64,000 nucleotides of DNA from Takakia lepidozioides (lineage: Eukaryota; Plantae; Bryophyta): positions 71,486,001 to 71,550,000 of the forward strand of contig CM060733.1 of NCBI GenBank assembly GCA_030704615.1, written 5' to 3'. This document shows, one piece after another, positions 1 to 12,909 of the stretch; the stretch's first letter is position 1, and each line of letters begins with the position of its first letter. The position numbers and the translations under genes are program-made. Below the pieces are notes generated by a model. The model worked only from the letters and a program-made list of their open reading frames with translations. It did no database searches and was not told the origin of the DNA.

Positions 1-2171
1 TTTGTAGTGAAGCAATGCTATGTGGACCCTGATATTGCAGAGCTGGTCTATTACGAAAAGAGACATGTCAATGGGGCTGGAGAGGTCTGCCATGGACCCA
101 CTCAGCAACTAGGTCGTATTTCATTAGCTCCCCACTTGAGCGATGACATGAAATCCTGGGTGTTACATAACCTACGTCTGGGACTAAGCGTCAACAAGAT
201 AATGGCAAAGCACACGCAGAGGGTGAGGGATATCATGGATGGGGGGTTGGAGGTTACTCGTGATACCTTCCTTCTTTCAAGTGACATCCGAAATATTGCC
301 AACAAGTGCGATGAAGAAACTTTCAAAAAACACTCCAATGATACACAAAGTGTCCGAATGTGGGTGCATGAAAACACAACAAGCGTTTTCTACTACCAGG
401 AAGAGTGTAATCACCCTGCGTGGACGTTGAATGACCGAAAACTGGACCTTCCATTTGTGCTTGGCATACAAACTGATTGGCAGAGAAAACAAATGCTCAA
501 ACACGGCCATCGTCGCATAGTTGCTTGTGATGCAACCTTTGGGACGAATGAAAAGAAGGTTGTGGCAGTTTCTTAACCCAAATGTCCTCAAAGCTTGTCA
601 AATTATGTTCTTCATGTGAACTTTTCTGTTCTCGTACCATTTCCTTTGAACTCACTTCAGTTACACATGATTATTGTTGCAGTACCCCTTGTATACCATG
701 ATGGTATTCGACGACTGGCTCAATGGTATTCCAGTGGCTTACATTATCACTGCAAGGTGCAAAACCATCGATCTTACGCCTTGGATGGAGGCACTTAACA
801 AACAAATGACAAGCCTGCAGGTAGACTGGCGTCCGAATGCCTTTATTGTGGATGACGCAGATGCTGAAATTGCTGCAATTAGGTACGTCCATGAACTCAG
901 GCAATATACTTACCATGATCTCTTAGTTACACATGAATTTCAGTTTACCTGCCTGATAAGAGAACAGATCTGTGTGGGGGGATTGTGCTGTTTTTTTGTG
1001 CTTGTGGCATGTTCGCCAAACCTGGCAGAAGAATGTTGTAGCAAAGGTAAAAGACCTAGTATTGCGAGCGGCTATCTTACAAGACCTGGCACAGATCATG
1101 TACAATAGAAAGGAGACCTCTGGGGATGCAGGTGAAGCATGGGCCGTATTCAAAATTCTGGACCTGCGGGAGAAGTACCCTTCTGAGACAGAATTATGTA
1201 CCTACATGGAGACAGAGTGGCTTCCAAAAGCCAAAATGTGGATGAAGGGATCCCGGAACATACCTTATGCCTCTCAAGACACTAATGCTACCATAGAATC
1301 ATACCACGGGAACCTGAAAGCGCAATTGAAGAGCACCAAAAGCGTCCTCGGTAGTAGGCAGGTGGATTGGCTCATCTCTGAACTGACATGTGATGTGCTA
1401 ACCCATTACTGGTACATGTCACATGCGAAGGCTTATGGGTTCATCCGAAACAAGCGGCATGAGGGATTTGTTTGTACTTCTATTTTGCTTGCCAACGACA
1501 TTCCAGATGCGAATGTGCACCTGCCTGACACACCCGGAGGCATTGCAACAGTTCAATGCCACCGCCATTTGGGTATGACATATATTGTCCACAATCCGGA
1601 TTCTAAGTGGGGTTGCTGTGATTGTCATTGGGCCTAGAAAGGAAATTTGTGTGCACACCAGGTAAAGGTTTTGAAGATGCTCCACCCCCATGTGGAGGAC
1701 GGGCTGATTGCAAAGTTGTGGGGATCCCTATTGGGCACATGTAAAGGTGGCCTCCACAACTTGCTAGCTGCCCATCAGTCCCCCTCTTCCATGCCTTCGT
1801 CTTCACAAACTCCCCCAAGTCTGACCTCCCCTTCTATGGCTCACAAAACATCCGCTGGTACAAGTCCATTGCCCAACCTACTTGCCCTTATTTCTACAGA
1901 GTGGGAAAGTATTCTTCAACTGACAGTTACCAGCAAATTCCTCCAGCAACATCTTCTTGCATTAGTGAGAGCTACGAAGGGAAAGATTTTGGACTTGACT
2001 GCCATGATGGAGGAGGGTCTTCAGTACCCTGGTGAAGACCCAGTTATGACTACTGTGGATGAGGGGGATGGAAAGTCACTTGCACGGTACAAAGACTTTC
2101 TGGAGAGGCATGGCTACAAAGGCAATCTCCCATCCATGCCGTCTCCCACCAGGAGCAGGAAGAGGTTGTAA
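1..2171 (+). pseudogene. Mutator-like (MULE) DDE transposase with SWIM zinc finger, 5'-truncated by the window edge
   Basis: Exons 1-558, 683-882 and 968-2171 are joined by GT-AG introns (559-682, 883-967). The product has DATFGTN (first D), IVDDAD (second D), CLWH, IESYH (E) and SWIM CxC...CAH. An in-frame TAG at 1635-1637 interrupts the SWIM finger (CDCHWA*KGNLCAH). Confidence 0.88.
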
Positions 2172-3795
2172 ACTGGCTGAAGGACTTCAGGTAAGGCACC
2201 ATATTCCTGGAATCCCTGCAGTCCATATAATGAACTAGGGCTTGTTTGTGTCTACAAGGAGCGAATGAGACGGTGAGATGGTTGGGCAGCTGCTGGATGT
2301 GCCTTCTTTCCATTTTGAACTTCAGGTGGATTGGGCTGAGGAAGCATGTGGCTGACAGCATTATCAGTACTGTAATTTCACATCCATTTTCAGCTCCACA
2401 ATTTCATGCAATGTCTACCGTTTTGCAGGTTCTCACATATTACTTGCACATGCACGGGCGTACTGACAGTACACTTCCGTATGAACAACCCATGTACAAC
2501 TGCTACGCATTGAAATTGTGCAACAGGTGGAGTTCCGAGTGAAGAATGTTTGCAATTTGAGGTGCATGCATGCATGGCCCCCGGGTCTGAAGTATGTGAT
2601 GTGCATGGCCTACGGGTCTAAGGGGGGATAATACATTTTTATTCACAATGCACTTCAGAACTGTGTCTGGAAAGTGAGGTTTACGGTTTAGGACACACAC
2701 TCAACCGGCTCATTCTGAATGGCATCAGATACACGGCGGATTCTCTTTATGTTTCTAGCCTTCTGTGACTTTTTCATGTGAGGTAGGATGTAGTTCAACT
2801 TGGTGCGAGTTCGGATGTGGGCTTTGGGTCACTACAGTTTAGTAGGTATTTCGAATCAGGAGATGTTGTTGAAATGTTTGGGGTCAAAGTTTTTTATTCA
2901 TTCCTGAGGCGACCATTTGCAATTGAAGATGGCATTCCAAATTTACACATTCACATTGCAGTTGAATACCTATTTTGACTCGTTGGCCATGTACAACTCT
3001 TTCATTTGAAGGTGGTAATGTTGCCTTAGCAAAGGACCTGCATTTGAGGTTGAAAGAAAGATTTTCCATGGCTCTCTGGCGTCCAATATATAAGGTCGGA
3101 AAGAACTATCATCCATACTTGTGTTCCACATGAAAGGGAGCATGCACAACCTGCAACAATACAATGCCCATGGAATGTTATTATTTATATGATTACAGAG
3201 CAAAGGACAGAGCTGCCACAGATGTTACAAAGTTAGGACAGAGCTTCTGTCCATCAGAAAATGCAACAATACTGCCCCCACTACAGTCCGTTCAGAAAGC
3301 AACAAATATCATGCCTCTCCAACCACATATGTGAACAAAACAGTCCACCCAGAATGAATATACTGACATACTAGTGTGGCAATGCCAATTCAAAAGGAAG
3401 CATCTCTCACAAGCACCCGCCACTATTTCCCGCCCTACTCTCATGTGGGTGGAGGCTGCCAATGAGAGATATTGCCTCCACTTCATGCATGTTATGTGCA
3501 TGTCATGTGGACCAATGCGCACCTCACCTGATGATGGAGTCAGTATTCAAATCGCATCCCTTTAGTCCTGAAGATGCATGTGGCCATCTGAAACCGTGCA
3601 ACACATGATTTTCCCCCTCAAAATGTCATGTTCTCCAGCCTCACTGAACACATACTCTCCACACATCACATTGCCATTCAGCACTCCCAAACTCCTTCAG
3701 TTTCCTCAGACTCCCCAAATTGCCTCCTCCGCACTCTCCCTCATCCATCTGCCTCACCTTGTAGCCTCTTTCACTTCCGCCTCTCTCACTTGGTA

Positions 3796-4456
3796 ATGTC
3801 AGACGCTCAAGAAGGAGTAGGTAGCTCCTGGCTGCAAGAAGAAGCTTTCGTTGATGTCGACACTCACAAGGAGTTGGTAGGAGATATTATTGGCATCGTG
3901 GGGACTCGCATCTCCGGATTGGAAGCCTTGGTGGATTGGTCAAAACCCACAGCAGGAGACACCATTCTTACAGCGCATGTATCCGCAGGTAGAGTGGGCT
4001 GGTCTGACTTTTACGACGACACCAACAGTGCAGCTGCAAAACAGCCTAACACCGTTGTACTCAGGTCAAGATTCTTGTGCGCTCCTAACGAAGAGTGGGG
4101 GCCACATGCTTTGGACCTGGACCCTGCAAAGGAGAACGAGTGTTTTCATATTCTTGTTTCAATGGGTGGATGAAGGCTGGGACAGCATTAAACTGTTGGA
4201 CGAACTTCCCTCCCCAATCATGCAGCTGCTTCAGAAGGGCTCCAGACCTGAAAGACCTTGGACCAGGGCTGGTGACATTTGCCTAACGATTGAGGATGGA
4301 GTGATGCATGTCATGTTTGCTCCTTCATGCATATGCGGAAAAACTCATCCTCGGTGTTCTTGCGTGTCTTGCCGCATTGGGGGAGCAATCACTTTCATCA
4401 CTCGGTCTTCTTCTTTCGCTGGGATATGCGTGTGTGTGTTTGGAAAGAGAGAATGA
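3796..4456 (+). pseudogene. Unknown protein split over two overlapping frames (probable TE cargo)
   Basis: Coding-like ORF from MSDAQEG (3796-4173) appears to continue in another frame to 4456, ending in a Cys-rich tail (CICGKTHPRCSCVSC). No family recognised. Confidence 0.4.
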
Positions 4457-4769
4457 TTAGGCAAGAGGTTCAGGTACCTAATTATGAGTGGAATTTCAAA
4501 GAGGTTGATTGGTCAGTAGCATGCTGAACCTCTTTTCACTTTGCTTTCCTAGATTGTTTCATTTCTAGGTTTCAACAATGCACATGCAAAAAACATATTG
4601 TGACAAAAATATTTTCATATATTGATGTCGAAGGTGTATTCCTCGTATTCTGTTGTCATTTTGCTTCCACATTGTTTCCCACATTGCTTCCGAGCTTACT
4701 TGCACATGCAACCATCCTGAAAAGATGCACCTAGGTTTTATGACTCCTACTTTTTGTAGTCTTATGCAA

Positions 4770-5965
4770 TTCATGTGTAACAACATGTCAGATCTACAAA
4801 ATGTCGCTACCAGGGAGGTAGAATGCGACTTCTTCCCCTATTCCTTCCAGACTGGAAGGCTGTTCCAGCTGCAAGCAATAATGTAAACGCAGGCCATAGT
4901 ATGAAGAAAATGATATTGCTCCAAGATGCACCTTCCGTTTATTGGCCATAACGTCTTGTGGTGTTATTTAAATCCAGCTTTCAAAGAAGAATATATTACA
5001 CACCTCAACAGCAGAAAGAGACATCATTCTGAAAGCACAACCTAAATGCAGGGCACAGTATGTAAAAAACAATGTGTTCGAAACTGCACTTTGGTTTTCT
5101 GCCCATAACGTCTTCTGGTCTTACTCAACGGATGTGTAACAACATCCCCACGCTAAAAAAAAAAAAACTTTCCAACAGGATACGACGAAGCTATAATTCA
5201 ATAGTACTCAACATTCTAAAAGCCAAAATATAAGTGCAGATGAAAGTATGCAGAAAAATAAAGTGGGCCAACCTACACGTCTTCCAATCTTACTTGTAGC
5301 ATGTGTAACAAAGTTTCAGAGGTGGAGAATAAAGCATGTTTTCCAACAACATATCACACATCTATAGTGCAATGATTCTCAACATTCCAGAAGTCATAAC
5401 GTAAATGCAGGTGGGTCTATGAAGAGAAAAAACGGGAGCAAGCCCCACTTTCTTTCAGGTGGCCATAACGTCTTCCAATGTTACTGAATCCATGTGTAAC
5501 AATATGTCAATGCATGAAAATAAAGCTACATTTCAAATACGATATCACAATCGCATCGTGAAACAATACTCAAGATGGAATAAGGCATAATGTAATTGTA
5601 GGGCACAGTATGCAGAAAAAGAAAGTGGTTCAGTGTGCAGTACGATATTGTGGCCATAACATATTTTGGTCTGACTGCACGGATGTGTAACTCAATCCCG
5701 GTGGCACAAAATTGAGCTAGCAATTTCAACAAGATATCACAATTGCCTATAGTGCAATATTACTCAACATTTTTGAAGCAGTAATGTTTATGCAGGTCAA
5801 AGTATGAAGAGAAAAAAATGGCACAAGTTGCAGGCGCCCAAGTTGCACCTTTGTTTTCTGGCCATAACGTTTTGTCCTATTACTCAAGCATGATGAGTAA
5901 GAAAATCTCAGAGGTAGAGAATAAAACTAGCTTTCCAACAACATATGAGAAACCCATAGTGCACA
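4770..5965. repeat. Degenerate tandem repeat, about 160-210 bp unit, 6-7 copies
   Basis: GGCCATAACGTC-like motif recurs at about 4944, 5101, 5461, 5652 and 5860, with recurring TGTGTAACAA, TACTCAA and AGTATGCAGAAAA blocks. Confidence 0.8.
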
Positions 5966-6225
5966 TACGTTCTAAATACGCTCTAAATATGTACTAAAAC
6001 ATGTCGGTAATATACTAATTACGCACTAAATCATGTGTTCTATGTGTTCCGTCTTCCTTCTCCCCGGCATGGCAGTTGTCTTTGGTATCACGGTGCTCGC
6101 GCGGTTTATTTGTTCAACTCTTAGCTGAGTTGTGCACATATTCGAGGGGCACGGTAGAGAGATTTGCGGGTTTTTTTTTTCTGCCAGAGTTTTTGTGTTC
6201 CTTTGCATTTCGTATTGAGGTTGTC

Positions 6226-6914
6226 ATGGCATACTGTTCAGGTAGCAACGCCAGTCTTATGAAGGCAAGGATTGAAGATCCCCGCGATATCTCCGAAGTG
6301 CTCCAGCCGCGACTGGAAGGGACACGCACCGTGGTTGCGAACATTCTGTTTGGCGATGGCATGGAGAAGTCTGTGTTGCTAGAAGGAGTTGTAATGGTGT
6401 ACAAGGACAATGCCCCAAAGTCATATGCTTCGCATTATGTTACTATGGGGGTTCCTCTGTGTATTTGGAATGTCATTGCTTGTGCAGCAGAGGAGAAGGG
6501 ATTCCGTGTGGACACTAGATCGAAAGTTTGGATTGCAGGGGACTATTTGTGGTCGGAGGTGAACCTCCGCACGAGTCAAAGGATCTTCAGCATTGTCAAG
6601 AATGAGAGGGGAGTCCTATCGAAGGTCCCCATTGTGGACCTGGAAAAAACCCTGGTTGCAATAAAAACAAAAAGGGTAGCTTTACAGTGCGTTTGAAGAA
6701 GCAGTATAGTCTGGAGAGAGAGGAGGATAGTGTTGTTTGGTCATTGGGCCTCACTCCCACGAGTGTTTTTTTCATTGACAAAACTGACATTGGAGAATCT
6801 TCTGCCATGGATGATCAACTGGTGTAGGACTTGACTGCCCTCAAAGTCAGTCCAACCCTGTCGGCTTTGCTGCTGCCTGAGGCAAGATCATCAACGTCCA
6901 AATCATCGCAGTAA
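6226..6914 (+). pseudogene. Intronless ORF resembling the non-polymerase protein of bisegmented dsRNA mycoviruses (candidate endogenous viral element)
   Basis: MAYCSG...VYKDNAPKSYASHYVTMGVP...DYLWSEVN. The -1 frame continues KGSFTVRLKKQ...WSLGLTPTSVFFID, has one internal TAG and ends at TAA 6912-6914. The family resemblance is from memory only. Confidence 0.45.
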
Positions 6915-7190
6915 TGGAGAATGCAAAAGCAAAATGCGGGTGAAGTGCATATCCTTTCGGAGATAGGGTTGGGTACAACTGTCCGTCGAAGTATGAAAGG
7001 TTGCTTGAACAGTTTCGTCGGAGGACTTGTGAGGCATATTGTTGTAGAGGCATGTAGAGCTTCCGAGGAGTTTAAGTGTAAAGAAGTGTAGAGGCTTGGG
7101 TGAAGATGGTGGAGAGGTATACGAGGACGGGCAACATCACAAGTGTTCAATCTTTTTCCGTGTTTGAACGAAAGACAACGGCAAAGAGAC

Positions 7191-7547
7191 ATGGGGGATG
7201 GAGAGGCGTATATCTTCAGACTTTGTGCCATAGACATGGAAATGTATGGACCACAACGTCCTGAATTACGAATGTTGGTTTTTTCGCGGTTGGTGCAAAT
7301 TTTTGAGAACCATCCTACCGCTGTGCAGTTCATTTCCGAGCCCGATATCAGGTGCCCTCTTTGTATGTATCACTATGGAAATCCTAATGGCACTCATAGA
7401 CAACCATACACTTTGTTGATCTTCCATTGTGCAACACACATGACCTCCTGGCGTCTGGAGCACAGGTGCTTAACACGAGTTATATTTAATATCACAGCTG
7501 GGAGACCCATTGGCACACTGGCAGCAGTTCATCACTCAGTGATGTGA
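7191..7547 (+). CDS. Small protein with an SGS3/IDN2-type zf-XS zinc finger
   Basis: QFISEPDIRCPLC...LLIFHCATH...RLEHRCLTRVI parallels the SGS3 zf-XS pattern (EPxxxxCPxC...LLxHxxT...HRxLxxV). No XS or coiled-coil domain follows. Confidence 0.55.
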   Translation: MGDGEAYIFRLCAIDMEMYGPQRPELRMLVFSRLVQIFENHPTAVQFISEPDIRCPLCMYHYGNPNGTHRQPYTLLIFHCATHMTSWRLEHRCLTRVIFNITAGRPIGTLAAVHHSVM

Positions 7548-8084
7548 TTGCGAGAAGGAAGGATACTATTGGGGTGGAAATTATGCTACTTTCAGGTATT
7601 TGCAATGCGAATGAAATGTTGTTGGTGGCCTGCAAAGCCTACAATATAGGCATGTGTTGCATGTAGGAAGCTAAAAAAGAATACCATAGTGAGCAGTAAC
7701 GTACATTCCAAATTTGAAAGAATGCTAATGCATGTGATGTAAACGAAAGGGAACAGTAATCATATGATGCCCGCTGTCGAATTTGGCATTGTCGCCGGGG
7801 GTGTGGGCCTGATATTGGTCATTGGGCACGTTGAAATGCATTGTCAATGATCATCAATCTGAACAACACAGGCATAAATATGTTCGGATGAATCAGTATG
7901 TTGAAATGCTTGGAAATGGCAAGACCCCAATATCGACATGGGGTGTTTGTGGCTTTGTGAAGCTATGTTGTTGGAGATTGCAGTATGATAAATGCACTTC
8001 TGATAGTAATTAACAGTGCTCACCAGGCAATCTCCCAGTTCTGGGAAGCAAAGGACGAGAAAGAGCGAACAACAAGGAAGACAA

Positions 8085-9050
8085 GCTTCATTTCCCTAAG
8101 TTTGTGCACCCACCGATATGGCAGAACAGAAGGCCTGAAAGCCCCACAATTATCAAATTTGACTTTGTGTAGGCAATTGTAATCAATGTCACTACACATT
8201 TCGTGGATTCCTCGGACGTTTACCGCGTGCGCGTGTGATGGGAGGTGGAGTCGTGGTGAGAGGGAGGACAGGGCTTCTGCAATCTCCAACTTTCCCTGAC
8301 GTCTTAGGGTTCACATATGGAGGCTCCTGCGATGGTTGACCCGCAAGCTCATCTAAAATCATGTGTGGAAGTTCCTACCTTCTATGAAGCACGGCCTCAA
8401 CACTAAACCATTCTGCTGCCCTAATGCCCAGACAGAATTTCAAATTGTGCAAAAGCAGCAAATGAAGAAACAATGATCATTGGAAGAAAATGACATGCTA
8501 ATCATTGTGAACAGCATGGCCCGACATCCTTCATGCATGAGACGGTAGGCGATTGAGATCACAAAAGAAGAAAATTACCAGTGATTACCAATACTTATCG
8601 CTACAATACCGTTGTTGGAAGCAAAGGAGCAAAGTAGTAGGGAACACTTGTGTAGAGAATATTCATTTGCCAAGAATTTGTACACCTACCCAGATGGCAG
8701 GAAAGAAGACCTGAAAGACACACAATGAAGTAAAATTAAATTGTGTATGCAATTGTAATGAGTGTCACTGCAGTTTTGCGGCCTTCCTGGGACGTTTACA
8801 ACGTGTGCGTGTGATCGGAGCTGGAATGTCGGTGAGAGGGTGGACGGGGCTGCTGCAACCAGCTGCTGACTTGTTTGGACTGGGGGGAAGTGCATATGGA
8901 AGCTGGTGCGTTGGTTGACCCTGAAGCTCATCCAAAATGATTTGTTGCAGGTCATATCTTTTCTGGAGCCCGGCCTCAACAGGGAACCAGTTTGCTGTGA
9001 GCTGCAAGCAGAGAGGAACAAAGAATGCACAAGCAAAGAATGAACAAGGA
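8085..9050. repeat. Diverged direct duplication (about 8085-8450 and 8665-9050)
   Basis: Shared blocks such as ATGGCAG..CCTGAAAG..GCAATTGTAAT..GGACGTTTAC..GCGTGTGAT..GGTTGACCC..AAGCTCATC. The minus-strand translations are also similar (SHAH.VNV.G...CSD..YNC.H). Confidence 0.8.
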
Positions 9051-9240
9051 ATGTCATGTGCATGTGTGGATATCATTGGCCACAAGTAAACCACACTTGT
9101 TCTGCAAGGGAGAACTGATTGCCGTAAAGAAGCACATTGAATGTGACACATGTTTCTATACATAGTGCCTTCCGTCATTGTTCATGCTACAGAAGTAAAC
9201 CAGTCAGCAAACAACCATGTAAACCAGGATAACGGCCCTC

Positions 9241-12200
9241 TTACCGGGCCTGCACCATGAGGTTGTCCTCCTCCAGCATTTCAATCTCCTGAAAGCTGAG
9301 ATGTGTTCCCACCTTCACGGGCCAAACGGTTGGAGGAGATGGCTTCATCACTACGGAAGGACGCACAGTTCCATGCACACATCTGGCACAATCATCTGCG
9401 CAGAACCAGAACTTGTGGTTCTTGGCTTCTGGTTGACCGTATGGACGCATCAAGCCCGTGAAAGTCGGAGCAGGAGTTCGGGCACCACCTCTGGATATAG
9501 ATGAAGTGCACTTCTCGAAATTAGTTGCCCTGATCGCTGTACATTTCACACGAGACCCTACACTTGTGTGTTCTATGTGCCAAACGTGGTCGGGGCATGC
9601 GGACTCAAGCACATCAAGGGGGTTGTTTCTCTCCTGCACCATTTCAGTGGCACTGTTTGATGTTAAAGCTTGCCGTCGTGTTGGAGGTTCCTCCACAATG
9701 GAGGTTCCGGACATGGAGCTGTCATGCAGGGGAACACGAGGCTTCGAGAAGTTATCACGGTCTGCCCTGTGGGAATCTGAATCCGAACCAGGTGGAGTGT
9801 TCAATTTCCTCTTACAGGAGCCGAATCTCTCCTCCCCTTCAAGATGTGGAACTCTAGAAACAAGTGGTGTTCCCTGGGCATACATGCTCACCGCCCGTGC
9901 TATCTTGATTGGATCCCCAGATCTGTTTGCAGCACGCAACATCAACTCCCATTTGTCCGGACCCTTGCCACCAACCCCACCTCGTAAGAAATCACGGTAT
10001 CGGGTTTGCTGTTGCAAGGCACGTATCAAATCATCTGTTGTTGCCACATACAAATCCCGACCTCGTTTCCCAGACTGCAGCAACCATGCGTTGTGCACAG
10101 TTTCTGCCAAATTGCAAGATGGCATGTCCGCCATTTCCTCAATGGACATGTTCTGCAAAGAGGATAACCACACTTCAGAACAGTGCACAGGAAACAACAT
10201 AAAGAAAGCAATGAGTCAAAAATATGGAAAGCAAATGTATGAATAAAACATGAAATAGAAGCCTCGTACCATTGTCATGGCTGCTCCCCACTGTTTATAC
10301 CGGAAGTGCCAAAACGCCAGCCAATCTTCCAATGCTCTCATACTCTCAAGTGATGCAGTTCCAGAAGATAACCACCAGGCACGAATTGTCTAGAACAAAG
10401 TGTCCGCCTCCTTCATTGTTCTAGCATCTTTGTACTCTTTGCACAATTTACGGTGCTGAGTCTGCATCTCTGGTTTGATGTCCGACTTTGTATGTTTTTC
10501 CAGAGATTGTGTCCAATGGAATAGACATGTACGCTCTCTTCCTGGCATAGGCACTTTTGGGTCGCCCGATCCGAAGACAATACGAACAACATTGAAATTT
10601 GCTTGAGCACTATCCGCCATGAAACCTGCGAAATTTGGAGATGGCAGCCCATGACACGTATCAAGGAATTCCACATGAGCTTCTGGGATTCCGTATCCTC
10701 GGATTGCATGTCACAAACTGCAATTGTCATAACTCGTTGGTACACTGGATCGTAGACATGACAAGCCATTGTCGTCCAATCCTTCACTCGTTTCACATGA
10801 TCAAACATAAGAAAACAGTTCTGCAAGTCCCCAGTCTTCTGCATCCGCTTCACGAGGCTAACCCCACTGCCCTCCCCAACAGTCGACATTTTGAAAAGAA
10901 AAACTTTGATGGCACCTTGACCTGGGAATACATTGTCCTGGATGTAATCGTACTTGCTCACTCGTTTCAATTCCAAAATATTGTCTATGTAGCCTCTGAT
11001 CCCAGAGCCCATTCTCAATGCATTGATCTGATGCCGAATGTTCGGTGAACTTAAAGTGGAGAAATGATCCATGACCAGGTCCAATGCTGCACCGTCAAGT
11101 TTAGTCCCCACAGAATCCCCTTCACTCAAAATATGGCTTTCCAAGAAGGACTTGCTTGCGCCAAGAGCAATTGCAGATGTTGTTGCGGATGGGTTTCTCC
11201 CGAACTCCTGTTTAATCAACCTCGATACTGTCTCAACACTCTCCCTGTAATCCCCCTTCTAGGATGGTTATGGAATCCGAAATGCACACAAGCTCTTGTC
11301 TTTGTTTTCAAACGGTGGACAACATAGTACATTCTTGCTCCGCAGAGCGCCAAGCAGGATGGCACAAGTTTGCAGAATTTGCAGACGAAAGTGTTTGCCG
11401 GTGGAGGGGCAGTCCCAGGCTGAAATGGATTTTCCGCCAGACCCTCCCATTTGCTTTGATTATGAACCTCAGACTGAAGAAAGAGTCTGCAATTCAAATT
11501 ATCACACCTAAGGTGTCCATTGCAAACTGTCCTCCTGAAAACAAGCTTGTCATCATTCTGAATATTGGATGTTTTTGTTCTTCACCACGGGTGCCCGTCG
11601 TGTTTCTTGTCCATTCCATGCATCATGATTGTTACACCTCCAACTCGCAGAGGAGGAGGCAGCTCGAATAGGATATCGCCATCAAAAGTCTCCGGCAAGA
11701 ACTTCACAGGCACCTGCTTCAAAGATTCCCAATCAATTCCCCGCAACTCACTTTTGAATCCAGCCATTCCTCCCATCGCCCGCAATTTTGGAATGACACT
11801 ACAAATCTCTTCTTCATCAGCTTCTCCAACCATAGTAGGAAGGACTGGATTTGGAATTTCACTTATGTCATCATCGGAAGAATCCGAAAGCTCAACGATT
11901 GGAGTGGAGGACGTCTGTTCTTTTTTCACCACCACCTCCCTCTTGTCTTCAATGACCGAAGCAGCAGTCCCGGGCGTCACATATGACCCAAGGGACTTTC
12001 GCCGAGGCTCTCCAAGTACTTTGTATCGACCAAGACGCACTCTCCACTGGCTGATATGAGCCGTCTCATCACGGTTTTGGAAAGAGTATTTCAACAACTT
12101 CCCTTTAAGATCGTACATCTCTTTCTCCAAAAAGATGGAGTCATTCTGCAGCTGAAAACGGGTAGCCAAGACATGTTCCAGAACAATTGCAAATCCATTG

Positions 12201-12268
12201 TCAAGGATTTCCTGGGAGAACGGCACTGGTTTGTCGTCAGAGAAGAACTCCGCTTCAGAGGAAGCCAT
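9241..12268 (-). pseudogene. Second, unrelated MULE-type transposase with a GCM/WRKY-like N-terminal DNA-binding region
   Basis: DGHPW*RTKTSNI...CNGHLRC...CKFC...HFGFHNHP (GCM/WRKY-like), LMFDHVKR (D), FMADSAQAN (D), CLFHW and NLAETVH (E). Stops at 11582 and 10390; frameshifts near 11240 and 10650; intron about 10150-10270. Confidence 0.8.
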
Positions 12269-12909
12269 CTTCCTTCCTCGCGTACGTTTGTACCTTGCTA
12301 TCGCAAATCTAGTGTAAATCGGTTTACTGATGTCTCCAGAACACAGTTGAAGAATGAGCAGAGAATATGGCGGAGGAAGCTCAGACAACGACTGTGCATA
12401 TTATGTTATTCTTTCCAGATATGCAGCCGTCCATTTTAATTACTTTTCTTGTGGGCCCAGTGGTCAGAGTATCCCTAGGAGCAGTGTCGGCAGCTGTTAA
12501 ACCGTTAACCAAAACCTCATCAATAAACTCGACGTAGTTTTCTAACGCAAGAGAACCTGCGTTATGGAAATGGAAATGCGTTCCTTGAATGTTGCAGCCT
12601 GTAGTAGGGCGCCACCAATGTGTGAAGGCACCATGAGAGCAGGAAAATGATGATATTACTCTATCATGACGTCACCCTTGGCCCTGCTGGATCTTAGCTA
12701 ACCAATCCCTGCTGTTCAAACTGGGTCCCACCAAGAAAGGATGGGGCTTGTGTGGTCGCTGGCCTTGCAATGTTGGGAAGATGTCGTTCCCGACGTGCAT
12801 CCTGCCAACGGAGACAAATGTTATGTGTGGCTTGGCTATCAGTCAATCCACCAATGAACGGGAGTTTGGGAAACAAGCGGGAAAATGGAGGGATTCCTTA
12901 CAAGCTTAC

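Noticed and set aside
9458-10246. 262-aa plus-strand ORF and similar long antisense ORFs
   Set aside because: They are antisense shadows of transposase or GAPA coding sequence with no independent motifs.
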